DNA from: Hyphochytrium catenoides | Taxonomy: Eukaryota > Protista > Hyphochytriomycota | Reading direction: 5' to 3' | Length of the DNA stretch: 64,000 bases | NCBI GenBank assembly: GCA_900088475.1 | Contig: FLMG01000941.1 | Location: forward strand, 248,001 to 312,000 | Shown: positions 16,908 through 28,799 of the stretch, in pieces | Position numbering within the stretch: position 1 is the stretch's first letter | Layout of the letters: each line of letters opens with the position of its first letter | Made by a program: the position numbers and the translations under genes | The notes under the pieces: generated by a model | Seen by the model: only the letters and a program-made list of their open reading frames with translations | The model's database searches: none | What the model was told of the DNA's origin: nothing

Positions 16908-18557
16908 ATGATGGTCAAACCTTTACGCCCGACAAAGTCCTTCAAGAAACGGCTGAGCAGTGAAGACTGCCGTAAGCGACGCGGGGAAGCTGCAGTCCAA
17001 ATTCGCAAGTCTAAGAAGAGTGACTTTCTATCGAAGAGGCGTTACAGCGACTCCACCGTCCTTCAGAATATCACTTCGGCGGAACAGTTCGAGAGTGAAA
17101 AGGTGGTTAATGTACTTTCCAATGCATTTATCTCCATTAGGTCCACCATTCCTCACGAAAGGCTTTCTGCGGCACAAGCTATCCGCTGGGCAATAGCAGT
17201 CAAAAACATCCCCGTTGAAGAAGCTTTAACTTTAGAAGCAGGAGCTGACCTCCTTCGAAATCTGGTTAATCTGGCCAAGTACGACCAGAGGCCTGAGGTA
17301 CAGCAAGAAGTTCTTTGGGTTTTTGGCCAGGTGGCTGCAGGCAAAATGACCAAGAGACTTGCCGACGCTGGAGCTCTGCAGACCATTATGGACCTTCTAC
17401 AGAAGTCCTCCTTCGAGGTTGTACTTGAAGAATGCATAGGGTGTGTTGCAAACATAGCGGGCGATAGTACAGAGCTGAGGGATTATATGGTTCAGCTAGG
17501 TGCCCTTCAGTGCATTCTTCACCGGCTACCGAAGCTTTCCTCTAAGAGGTCGATCCAGCATGCTACGTGGGCGCTGTCAAATCTCATCGGATCCTCCTTT
17601 ACTACACCGGAGGTTCTTGCAGAGGCAGCTCGGATCATTGTGCGGATTATCAGTCAACACTTGGATGAAAAAGTGCTCTCTGAATCTTCGTGGGCTTTGG
17701 CTCACATCACTGACAAGGGCGAAGCCATTTGCTTCCAGATTATTCTCGAGAGCAACTGCATGCCGATTCTGTTGAGATTTCTGGCACATAAGAACTACCA
17801 CATCGTCCTGCCCGCATTGCATACCCTCTCTAACCTCATGTGCTACTGCGATGAGGTTGGGCGGCGACACTTACTCTCGTTAGGGGTCCTCAGAGCTCTG
17901 AGAAACCTACTAGAAGAGCTGTCAGGCTTTATCAAGAATCAGAAGGTATGGAATGTAACGACTTCGGAGCTGTACCGCCTTAGCCAAAGAATGAGAGTCG
18001 AAATCTGCAAGATCATTGCGTTGGTAGCAAGCTCTTGCCAGCATATATTCCTGGATGACATCGTGAAGTGTGACGGCCTTATTTTAGCCTTAACAGCGGA
18101 GATACTGAACGGAGAGTGGCAAGTGAAGAAGGCCGCCATGACATCGTTGGCGAGCATTCTTTTGCCTGCGAACAACTACCAGCTGCACCAAGCTACCTCT
18201 GCAACCCTCATCAAGGCAGTATGTAGCATGCTGGATGTCTCTGAGGTAGAAATGATCTTAGCTTCTGTCCAGTGTCTAGATGTCATTCTAGCCGCTGGCG
18301 AGGGCGAAGGCTGCCTCAAGGAATACCCAAGCATGGTAGAGGAGGCAGGAGGCCTTGACAAACTGGAGAGCCTTCAAGAGCATGAAAGCGTGGATGTATA
18401 CAACGCTGCTGTCTACTTACTGGAGAAGCACTTCAACGCGGAAGATGCAGATATGGAGTTGGAGGACGAGGATGTTGCTCCAGTTACCTGTACCACCACA
18501 AATATGTTTGACTTCGGTCTGCCAGTGCAGCATCGGGTTGCATCTCCCGCATGGTAA
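16908..18557 (+). CDS. Divergent importin-alpha-like protein (IBB domain + ARM repeats), intronless
   Basis: IBB: FKKRLSSEDCRKRRGEAAVQIRKSKKSDFLSKRR. ARM motifs NIAGDSTELRD and ATWALSNL. C-terminal VEEAGGLDKLESLQEHESVDVYNAAVYLLEKHF. The start is most likely the ATG at 16908, not the GTG at 16563. Confidence 0.9.
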   Translation: MMVKPLRPTKSFKKRLSSEDCRKRRGEAAVQIRKSKKSDFLSKRRYSDSTVLQNITSAEQFESEKVVNVLSNAFISIRSTIPHERLSAAQAIRWAIAVKNIPVEEALTLEAGADLLRNLVNLAKYDQRPEVQQEVLWVFGQVAAGKMTKRLADAGALQTIMDLLQKSSFEVVLEECIGCVANIAGDSTELRDYMVQLGALQCILHRLPKLSSKRSIQHATWALSNLIGSSFTTPEVLAEAARIIVRIISQHLDEKVLSESSWALAHITDKGEAICFQIILESNCMPILLRFLAHKNYHIVLPALHTLSNLMCYCDEVGRRHLLSLGVLRALRNLLEELSGFIKNQKVWNVTTSELYRLSQRMRVEICKIIALVASSCQHIFLDDIVKCDGLILALTAEILNGEWQVKKAAMTSLASILLPANNYQLHQATSATLIKAVCSMLDVSEVEMILASVQCLDVILAAGEGEGCLKEYPSMVEEAGGLDKLESLQEHESVDVYNAAVYLLEKHFNAEDADMELEDEDVAPVTCTTTNMFDFGLPVQHRVASPAW

Positions 18558-19328
18558 AAGGCGAGAGGGCTAGCTTCTGTGCTATTTTCTGTTTCATTAT
18601 ATCTACACGTTAACTATGTTATGCTGTATCATTACCTCTATAATATATATCTATCCCTTGCCTCTTATAAAGACTTCACTGGTGTCACAAATAGCAGCAC
18701 TAGATTTGTAAGCTAATGCAGTACCAATTCTCCGCCCTGGAGCCCGTGACTCGTGTTGCCAGCGTCCATAGGGCCCGCGATTGTAGCAGGCGGCCTGTAG
18801 CTCGTGATCGGTTGCTTTATTCCTACCTAACTAACAATTCTCACTAAGACATCATTGTCGGTTACCTTAGCTCGCTAACCTCATTTGGGAATTCTAGGGC
18901 AAAGGAGAAAGTGGCTGTGGGTTGTAGGGTTCTTTCTTCGCACACACTACAGAGTTTCCAAGTTTCTCACGAGCGGAACCCTTCAGGTTCATGATGCGTC
19001 CACTCCTTGCCAACCCTGTCCGATCTACATCTCGGTGAGGCTTTCTCGGAATTAACGAGTACCATGACTTGGAGATAGTTGTGAGATACTCTTTTACTAC
19101 ATTCGTAGCTTGAGATAGCTAGTGGTGCCTTTTTGTAAGTTTGATGTCACTGAATGCCAAGGACGGCATACTTTAGAGGGCACCCCAACCTCTTGAAGAC
19201 TCAAAGAACAGCCCTTGGAGGAGTGTCTCATCAGCCCCCACAGTGTTCTCTACAGTGATCCAATAATAGGATGCGGGCCAAATCGGCCCAGGTTACTGGA
19301 TTTGACTCGTAGACAGTCTTTTGGTAAG

Positions 19329-19491
19329 TGGCATGGGTCATCCCCAAGGCATAGACAGACGAAAAGAATCGATGGGCAGCATCCAGAAACCAATGTCAAG
19401 CTCCTCACTTACTGGCACGGGGTCAGTCGCCAAGGCATAGAAAGACAAAAAGAATCGAATGGCAGCTTCTGACCAATGCCAATTTCCTCAC
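19329..19491. repeat. Two imperfect tandem copies of an ~80-85 bp unit
   Basis: tggcatgggtcatccccaaggcatagacagacgaaaagaatcg...ctcctcac (19329-19408) versus tggcacggggtcagtcgccaaggcatagaaagacaaaaagaatcg...ttcctcac (19413-19491). Confidence 0.85.
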
Positions 19492-19859
19492 CAGCCAATC
19501 TATCAGCACCTCAATCTTAAAGGCTTATTTAACCTGTGTCTCGGCCCATTTAGAGACAACCTGGACTGTATTCCATCTAGGAATGCCCCAACTCACAGAC
19601 AGGCACAAAAGTAAGCAGCCAGGAATGTGTAGCAATGATGTTTCGATAGGCAACTTCTCTCGTGGTGCGCGCTCTTCTAGCCTCCCCGTCGTCATCGGAT
19701 GCTACCCTTCCAGATCATCACAAACGCAGTTTATTCGAAGTGCAAAGATGATGAATGAACCGCGTGAAGACTATGACTCTTACTCCCTATAGTTCTAAAC
19801 GCGGATCATGGACATCTTTGTCTTGCAGGTAGAGCATCAGGGGCTGTCTGCATTATAGT

Positions 19860-20356
19860 GGGCCTGTGCGGCTTGATCAGTTTGGACCCGTCAGTTTGGC
19901 AAATACGTCTGCTAACGGTCACTAAAACTGACTGGGTAGTGGGTAGTGTGCGGCTTGATCAAAAACTGATCAAGTCAGTAGTCATAGCGGCTAACGTACG
20001 ATAAAACTGAAGTCAAACTGAAAATTGAAAATCGAGAGCTCTCGTTTTTCAGTTTTGCAGACGGTTTGCCGACAGTTTTTCCTATGGCAAAAACCAAGCC
20101 TACCCAGCTGCAAGATAAACCTGGCCACCCATCCTGAGGCTGTTGTAGTTGTATGGAATCGTTCGTGTGTATCCCATCCCTTTTGAACGGAAGTTCTGCC
20201 TAAAACTGACTGTCGAACTGACGGGTCACATTCAGATTCATGGTGGAGGCGTCAGAATGAGCCAAACTGACGCCCAAAACACGCTGTTAGCGGCACTTTT
20301 GATCAGTTTGTAGGCAGAAAGTGAAGGGCCCAAAACTGATCAAGCCGCACAGGCCC
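19860..20356. mobile_element. Non-autonomous DNA transposon (MITE), 497 bp, PIF/Harbinger-like termini
   Basis: Perfect 24-bp TIR GGGCCTGTGCGGCTTGATCAGTTT (19860-19883 and 20333-20356). Direct AGT on both flanks (19857-19859, 20357-20359). Many internal AAACTGA/TCAGTTT motifs and no transposase ORF. Confidence 0.88.
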
Positions 20357-22003
20357 AGTACCTTCTGCAGCCAAAACCCACCACCCTCGAACTGCAGAAG
20401 ACAGGCAGGCGAAGATGGCACAACAGACTGTGCAGCAAGGCTCCAAAGCCGTAGTTCTCTCCCTCCACATTGTTTATGGATGTGCGGAAGCACGCGGGCG
20501 GCGATTCCTTAGGTGATTTATCAACAGCTAAGATGGACGAGACGGGGAAAGGAAGGGCTAGAGGCATAGTATTAGGTACAAAGTAGCGCTACTTGTACTG
20601 CATAGTGGGTTGTGCATCAAGCTGAGTCCTACCCCAGGACAGCCTCGTGATTGGCTAATTTCTGGCGAAAAGTTCAACCTGAACACCCATAGAACGAATC
20701 CCAGGGTCCCACACGCCCTGATGAGGCTCGTTCGGCTGTTGTACTACTTGTACTTTTATTTAGTTACTGGTTGGAGAAACTAAAAAGCGGAGAAACTACA
20801 TACTAGACGTTATGCATAGCCTACGACTACTGTCGTCTCTTCCACCTCCACATTCCACCACACCACCACTACTACTAGAGAAGACCTCCGGCAACAGCTC
20901 CAGGAAGCTGACCCAAGATCGCATCCTCTATATTCGGCTGTTGTACAGTAAAATGCCGGTAGGCGCAAGGTGTTTGTTGCATACGGTTGAGAGTTGAGAT
21001 GACCCACCCATCCGAGAAATCTTTCATTATTTCCAGAAGCTTCCGAAGAAGGTTCGACTCCACAATATGCCTATGTGAAAATAAGCAATTACTCATGTGA
21101 AAGATTTCAGCTGGATCTTGACATGGTGAGAGGTTGCTGTTCTGAAAAGAAGAAACTTCTGCTTCCGTCCTCTCCTTCGCCTCTCTCTGCCACTTCATCT
21201 GGCTCCACACTGCATTTGCTCCTATAACGCGGATGAAGCCCCATGTTCAATAGAGACAGAGTAAGCGAATAGCAGTGAGTTTGAGAATGTCATGGCATAT
21301 GTGATCTAATAGGTATACATAAGCCGCTGTTTAATGAGAAAATGGAGAGACAGAGCAAATAGAAGTGTGAGTGACCATAGATAGAAGACACAAGAGGTAG
21401 AGAGAGAGAAAGTGCGGGATGAATTTTAAGGTGGGGTAACAGAGAGAGGGCACCTACTTTCCTAAGGCACCGCATCTCGGATAGTAAGGTCACTGTCTAT
21501 CGCTGTTACCTCTCTCACTCTGTCTCAGACCCTTCATCTCCTTTGTCGCCCTGTTCTTATTGGTTACATTCTCAGCCTCACTGCCCATGTTGGAGCAGTC
21601 CAAAGCAGCTGCAGATAGACAAGCCAACAGACAGGAGGAGAGGGAAAGAGAGAGAACGAAGAGAACCATAGCCAGGGCACACTTTCCTCTATCTCTGTTT
21701 AAGATCGCTCTAAGTCTTTATATCTCTTTTCTTTACTCTGTCTGCCACGGTCCTCATTTCATCAAAACAGTGGGGGAAACAGTCTCAGGGAGAGAGCGGA
21801 TCGTATTGTCTTCTCACTCAGCAATAAGTCACGCAGTCCGCACGCTGATCCGTCTTTGAGTTGACCCAGATCTATCCACTCCTTTTTGGAAGATAAGAAG
21901 TAGCCCACAAGTTGCTATCGGCGACGGGACTAAACAGTAGACAGCAGCAGCACCAAGAGATCGCTCGCAGGCTATACACAGGTCTACTAGGCTGCTAGAA
22001 AAC

Positions 22004-22414
22004 ATGAATCCTGGAGAAGCAACTCTTGCGCGAAGGATGTCTAGAGATGGGGAGAGTCCACGGTTCGACGACCAGGTGGCATCCCCTCCGTTTAAGCCAC
22101 GGTCACCTGGGCTCAAGCCACTAGGAGTCACTATCCCAAAGTTTTCATGTACGTCATGCTTGTGTCTCTATCCTTTTTCCAACTGTCTGTCATGATCGTC
22201 CTTCTCGGTTGATTGTCTTGCCCAGAAGCCACCAACTCTTGTTCAGGAAATGACATTACCTTCTCGTGTGTAGTGGCGGACTTTAGGAACGAGTTCTTCT
22301 CGCCCAAGTCACAGACTCCGTCAGCATCACCAGCTCATGACGACGAGAAGAGTAGCAAGAAGTGGTACGACCACCAGCACTGCCTTCTAAGTGCTAATTA
22401 GCCAAGAGATCTGA
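22004..22414 (+). CDS. Possible short spliced hypothetical protein, Ser/Pro-rich
   Basis: MNPGEATLARRMSRDGESPRFDDQVASPPFKPRSPG... then a plausible intron to DFRNEFFSPKSQTPSASPAHDDEK. The 3' end is uncertain. Confidence 0.25.
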
Positions 22415-24306
22415 AGCCAGGGAAGGCAATGGTGAAGCACCACGAAGCATCGGGCTGCAAAGCAACAAGCGTTGGGCTGCTTTGAACCCCTGAATGTACA
22501 TAGCACAGCGATGTAGCATAGAAAAGCATTAGAACCGAGCGGCGACAGCATAAGAAGATGAGCAGACGAGTTGTTGGAAAGCAGTGTCACCGGCTTCTGG
22601 TAGATAGGGACATCCCTAGATTGTAACATAAGATGAAGGCAGCGTGCAGCGGCATATGCCAGTAATCTTGCGAATCTTTGTGCACCCGTGTCGCTTCATA
22701 TGCGAGCTCCTGCTCAAGCGTCAGCTCGGGAAACTGCTCTCGCTCTCCGAGGTGGAGCATGTCCTCTCTGAGTGGGAGAGCCGGTTGGGTTACTATGAGC
22801 CTATCTCTACACATATATATAGCGATCTCTGTATCTAACCCTCGATAAGCTTAACCCTCCAGAACAATTGAAGTTCATACCTCTCATCTCCACATTGACT
22901 TGGGCTTTAAGCGTCCATTTATCATTGCACGACTGCGCTCGTTTTGTACCGGCGTAGGACTCCGCAGTTTCATGACACCTCCTGTTACAGTCTTAAGGCC
23001 ACAGTTTGTTAAAAAAATATTGCCTTGCTGATGGTTCCTTCTCCCTGAAAGCCGGTGTACCACTTTATTGACCTATCCTAGGAAGTATCAGAGGCAATCT
23101 AGGATCTGTGCGGCCTCGTTCACAACTCGTTGCATCCCACTTAAGGCGACAAACAACAAAGGCAAACCTTTTGTCCAGGTCCGTTAGCAGAGAATCCAAT
23201 CAATCGGGCACTCACCCAGACATTGGAGTACACGGACTAAACAAATGCCAGCGAGCGGGAGGTTTCAAGGGCGGCTAGAAGTATAGAAGGCATCTTCAAG
23301 ATTTTGCGGTGCTCGCTCCTCTCATCCCTCCCGCGGATTTTGCGAAACATAGATAGCCATGAGCCATGAGTATTCATAGGACGTTCTCCGCATGTTCACT
23401 GCATAGGCGACATTACTTTTAATGATGGATGAGGGAGAAGTCAACGGGAGACAATCACCAAGAGCGATTGGTAGAAAAAGAAGGTGATTGTCACTCTTAT
23501 AGTAGCTCCAAGTGCTTTCTCCTGACTTTCCTGACAAAGGACACTCTTCTCCCTTTGATTACCCATTGCCCTGGCTGACCGTAAGGAGAATTCTCATGGG
23601 GGAGGTGGAAGGAAATGGAAAATAGTCTGTTCACTAATAGTAACAGCAACCAGACTATTGGCAAAGCTTGAGACTGTAAACTGGCTATTATAAATCAAGT
23701 AGCGAGGAACAGGATTGACCTTCACTTTCCTTCGATGGCACTCAATGGCCGAAACAATGGGTGGAGCGTGCAAAGCAATCACACAGCTAATCACACTTTC
23801 ACCGTCCATTATCTGTTGGTTGACCCTCCTCTCTCTGCATTGTCGACTGTGGATCTCCCAGCGTTGACCTACACTCTCTTGGAAGGAGTGCGAACAACAA
23901 TGAAAGTGGAGGGCAGGTGAAGGAACACTAGTGAAGGAGACATACACAACCCAGAGCTGCACAGAGGAGGTAAACACGGCAACGACGAAGAATGATGCTG
24001 AAAGGTCACGATGGTCCAAGGTGATAATCTAAGGCTTACAGGACAATGGCGAGAGTGAAGAACAGGAGATGGAGCTGCTCCTTTTGATGCAACTTCGAAA
24101 TCCTTCCATTCAACTTTTTCGTCTCAACCTTTGCTCTCCAGTATTCCATACCTACCCCACACTGTTCATCGACTCTCTCTCGCTCTGTCTGTGAGTGTTA
24201 ATAGCTCTGTCTTACCCCTGTCTCCAGCTCTTTAAATGGATAAATGGATGCTAAGGAGATAGCTCGTCAAGTTCGTGCCATCAACTTTATTGCTATATAT
24301 ATAATC

Positions 24307-24520
24307 CTCTGTCTCACGGCTTCTGCGCTCTGTCTCGACTGCGCGGCCCTTTTCTGTTTCCAAACCCTAAAGGCAGCATCTTCAACAAAACCCTGAATTG
24401 CGGTGAACGGACACTGTCAGAAGCCTAAGAAAATTATATTGGGACGGAATTACTTTAGATTGAAGAAACTTTAGGATTCAAAAGCAGAGCAAGATAGAGC
24501 GGGGTTGGTGGGAGACAGAG
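24307..24520. repeat. Degenerate fold-back (inverted repeat), possible old MITE remnant
   Basis: Nested complementary blocks in order: ctctgtctc/gagacagag, cgctctgtctcg/caagatagagcg, cctaaag/ctttagg, tcttcaa/ttgaaga. Confidence 0.5.
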
Positions 24521-25286
24521 TGCGGAAACTAGTTTCCTTTGTCCGTCTTAGCTATTGAAGAGATGGAAAGAATTAAAGTGAGATAGGCATCCAAAGGCCG
24601 TGACATAAAACAGGGAAAGGTCATCCTTCAATATAAGTACTGACCAGAAGTGTTCACCTATTATTATAGTCCTACCAAGGGACATTACCTCCATTCCTAA
24701 GCGCTAGGATGAGGTTGTGTAACGTATTATTATGATCATATCTTATCCTCTCATGCAACATCTCTTGAACTACCGTTTGATAAAACGGCTAAGGAAATTA
24801 GCGCTTGAGCCCGAGCCTAAGGGTAATGTGAACAGCTTTGTATCCGAGATTAAGCGGTTCCAATGTAACAACTAAGCTAAAATAGCGGTAGAGACCCAAG
24901 ATAACGAGTCTCCGTTTCTTGTAAGATGTAGAAAGTGACTGACAGAGAATAACACAAGATTCTTCTGCCTAAAGTAAAGAATGTTCTGGTCTTGATAAAC
25001 CGCGGCATCACGCTGCCGCACCATTGCCCGCCCTCAACCCAAGCTAGGCTCGTGCCATTGCCAATGACCAGTGTGATGTTCCATGGCTTGCCTCATTATG
25101 TCATTGCCTTCTCATCATCCATAAGAGGCGAAGTATAATATCTTATCTTAGAGGCCTACTGACAGACCTCTGCTCTCTAAACAGTGATATTGAGGCGATT
25201 CAATACTTCGAAGAAGTAAAACTCCTCCCGACTATCCAACACTCAAGCAATCCTACACCAGAACTTGATCCGAATAGGTAGTTTGG

Positions 25287-26147
25287 ATGAGAGTCTCCAA
25301 GTGGCTCAGTGGCGGAGAGTTGAGCTCATGCGGAAGCTCACAAGAACGCAAGAGTTTGGCTGCTTGTAAGGAAGCTGCAGCTGGAAAAGTGGACTCAAAT
25401 GCAGCTAGTTATCAAAATCCAGAAGTGGGGTTTGTTCTTGACCGGCTGCCTTTGAGCTCTGTGCCTTCTGATGCTACAAAAGCTTTGGAAGACCACGGGC
25501 TTTCTTGCCATAAGTCCGTTTCGAGCTATTCAGCGACTGATATCGAGCTACCTAAGAATGGCTTGGAGCTGGCTGGACCAAAAGACAAAGGTGACGGTCT
25601 TCTCTATATCTCCAGCCCCGCTTCTACTGCGGATTGCTCTGAGGTAGATGAAGAGAAGACTGATGACGCTACGCTTTACATTGAAGAACCTGAGCCGGGA
25701 GAAGATGACGACGATGCAGCCAAGTCGCTGGAAGTTACCGCCTCACACGGAGGAAAGTCCGCGCCCAAGTCCTTTCTCAAGAACATCATTGCTGGGTGGA
25801 GAAAGAGAAAGATGCAGACTTTGGAGATGAAGATTGCTGAAAGAGACCACTACATTCTTGCTGAGCTTTACAACAGCAAGGCACTCATGAGAGACAGAAC
25901 GCGCATATCTTTCCCCAGAAAGCTTATTTCTGACCTGGACACCATCAGAGAAAACCACGAACTGTCACTCCGTTCTCCGGTGCACATGATGTCCTCTAAA
26001 CTTCTTCGTCGCTCTCCCAAGGACGAGACGATGCGGCGCTGTATCTTGGGTTATCAAGCCTGGATATGTAGAGGTCAATTGGCGACGAGGCGCGGGGCAG
26101 ACCCTTATGCTCCTGTGCACTATCATCGGCCCAGGAGGTTCTACTAA
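25287..26147 (+). CDS. Intronless hypothetical protein, 286 aa
   Basis: ATG-initiated 861-nt ORF with an acidic middle and basic C-terminus. No recognisable domain. Confidence 0.6.
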   Translation: MRVSKWLSGGELSSCGSSQERKSLAACKEAAAGKVDSNAASYQNPEVGFVLDRLPLSSVPSDATKALEDHGLSCHKSVSSYSATDIELPKNGLELAGPKDKGDGLLYISSPASTADCSEVDEEKTDDATLYIEEPEPGEDDDDAAKSLEVTASHGGKSAPKSFLKNIIAGWRKRKMQTLEMKIAERDHYILAELYNSKALMRDRTRISFPRKLISDLDTIRENHELSLRSPVHMMSSKLLRRSPKDETMRRCILGYQAWICRGQLATRRGADPYAPVHYHRPRRFY

Positions 26148-27492
26148 GAGGGACGAGAAGAAATCAAGATTGAAGACGCCAGCACACCACAAACTCCGGT
26201 CACTTGCGAGAGAGACAAGCCGTACGTTCGATCTAGGAGAAAAATCTTACCAGGAATATGGCGATCAGCGTTCTTCGTGCTCAGACCTTCTCGGCAATAG
26301 CTGATTGCAACCACTACGCTGAGTATCTTGGTATTGCCCGGCACGACGTGAGCTACGCGGCCGGGCGAATGGCAGGCGACTCTTTCGGAACGTCGTTAGT
26401 AGGAAAGATTTCTATGGTGGTCCCTCTTCGCTCGGCAATTATGCTGCCGTGGTTGGTTCGCTTTTGGCTGGAAGAGGCTTTGCTACGCTTTGCCATAGAG
26501 CTTGCCGTTGCTGTCAACGGTGGGTCAAAGCGCGTTCCGTTTAATTGTTCTGTATGTCTACCTTTGTTTGCCCTTGTTGTGATACCTTCAGCAGACCTGC
26601 CCTGATGCTCAGTGTGCTAGGCCTCCGCTGTAAAGAGGGAGTTCGTAAATGTTCTGCAGTTGATTGTACGCGGCACACTGTCAACTGCGAGGTGCTCTAT
26701 GTAAACTTTTGCTCAAAGTTCCGTGAACAGCATTATACACACACATAAATGGCGGTTTACTTTTTCTCGTTGGTTGTCTAGAGTTGGCCACGATGTTCGT
26801 TCTGTTCCCACTTAAACATGTCCCCTATGTCTGCGGTGTGGTGAGCTTCATCAGATATGCGCAGCCCGTAAAAAATCTATGACTGATGAACTCAACCAGG
26901 GCGTCAAAAGTCTGACACCCCTCCTCCCATCGCTTCTCCACATGCCTCGTGTACCTTCCGCTGCTCTTTTTGCAGTGATCCTGTGAATTGCCATCTCCAA
27001 AGGCGAGCAGAGACAAGGAAGATGTGAGCTGTCCTCTCGTACTCCCTGCAGGAAGGAGTGAAGCTGTCCTCCTCTCCTTCCTTCCTCTTGCTTCTCATCA
27101 TCGTTAGATCTTCTTCCAGCCTCCTCGTCACAACTTCAAGTGCCATCACTCATCTCTCATCTCTTGACATCACCGGGAACAGGTAACGGACAGAGTCTTG
27201 TGCAGTAGTCCTGGGGGAGGTTTGGGCTGATGGCAAACAAAGGAAGGATATTAGGATGGACTTACAGCCCGCTCTCTGGGCTCTCTGCTGTGCTGGAGAG
27301 CTCTGTCTTGACAGCATTGTCATCAGCCAGACAGAGGAGAGATGTTCACCTTTCAAGAGCCCGTGACTGGAAGCAGCAACGCGTCTTCTCTCCTTATCGA
27401 TGGTCCATTTCACTCTTTCTCTCTCTCTCCTTCTCTCTCTCTGTCGTCTCCTCTCTCTCTCTCCCTCTCCCGTCCTTTCTCAATCTCTCCGA

Positions 27493-27496
<4 letters not shown>

Positions 27497-27553
<57 letters not shown>
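27497..27553. repeat. (CT)n microsatellite upstream of the IMPACT gene
   Basis: Pure ct run. Similar tracts occur near 8.0, 9.0, 31.1, 38.7, 39.7 and 42.2 kb. Confidence 0.95.
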
Positions 27554-27556
<3 letters not shown>

Positions 27557-27629
27557 CTTTCTTCCTCGGGGACTTTTTCTCCGGTTCATGCTGCCTCTCT
27601 CCTTTCTTCACTAGTGGTCGTAGCCTAAA

Positions 27630-28799
27630 ATGAGCCGCTTCAAGACCGTGCAAGCCGCTGTTGTGCATGAGATAGAGAAGATAAAGAGCTCTCGCTTAAT
27701 AGCAGCCGTCTCTCCAGTTTCTTCTAGAGAGTGCGCATTAGACTTCATCGCGTCTCGCGAAGAGATCCTACCGACAGCAACCCATCACTGCTACGCCTAT
27801 ACCATCCTCCCTTCAAGCAAGCCACCTCTGTCTTCCTCCTTAGATTCTGCTCCTACCTCGCCCACTTCGGCTTCCCCTCCTCTTCCGGTGGAGCACTTCA
27901 GTGATGCGGGAGAACCACACGGGACCGCTGGGCGGCCGATCATGAGCCAGATCCAGGGCTTTGGATTGTCGAACGTCTGTCTAGTAGTCAGCAGAATCTA
28001 CGGAGGGACAAAGCTGGGAATAGGTAAGAGAACGATCAATACAGAGATGTAAGAAAGTCAAATGGCGCTTGAGAAATAGAGAGAGATAGTGTACTCTCTT
28101 GCTCTCCTGGTCAATGTCAGTTTTCTCCTGGCATGGCAGAAAGATTAGGACCAGATAGAGAAAGTGACTGAACAAGAAGTCGGACGGCATGGCCCTCTAT
28201 CATTGAGTGGGAGAGGAGATACTGCCAGTATAAGGATAATGTTGAGATCTTTCTTCTCCTTATCCTTTCTTACAGGTGGACTGGTGAGAGCTTACGGCCA
28301 AGCTGCTCGGGAGGTACTTGAGGCTGCCCCCATCATTGAGGTCGCACCGTCTTTAAAGCTGAGAGTCAGATGTGAGATAAACCAGCTGGGGATCATTCGA
28401 GGCAAGCATACCTCTCGAACCTCGTTCTCGTCCTATGTCTCAATCCTTATCTTTAACATGACCAGTTCCTCTGAGCTCTCTCTCACAACCACTTTTAGAC
28501 TAGGTGACCCTCTCTCCTTCTAGCTACTAAGGTTAGCCGCTGCTTTCCGGCGCTCTGACATTTACTTAGGACTCTGCAAGAACAAGGGCGGAGAGATACT
28601 CTCGAGCGATTTTTCTTCAGGTGTAGATGTTGTCTCTCTTCTCTCTCTTCCCTTGGACGATGTCCAGAGCTTCAAGGTTGAAGTCAACGACCGCACTCGA
28701 GGCACAGCAGAGGTGCAAATGGTAGGTCTTCATCCTCCAGATTTCTATTTAATAAGCCATGGGCTTAGGATCTCATCATTCGCTGTCTCTTAGGCCTGA
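27630..28799 (+). CDS. IMPACT / YigZ (UPF0029) family protein with C-terminal DUF1949-like domain
   Basis: Motifs EKIKSSRLIA, ATHHCYAY, FSDAGEPHGTAGRPI, VVSRIYGGTKLGIG|GLVRAY. The second intron needs a GC donor at 28402. The last exon is uncertain (stop at 28793 or 28799). Confidence 0.88.

Noticed and set aside
19860-20356. CRISPR-like recurrence of AAACTGA motifs
   Set aside because: Short motifs, irregular spacing, both orientations, eukaryotic context; explained by the MITE.
26904-27413. Two in-frame minus-strand ORFs separated by a single TGA (readthrough or selenocysteine?)
   Set aside because: No recognisable protein or SECIS; conserved genes here end in TAA, TAG and TGA normally.
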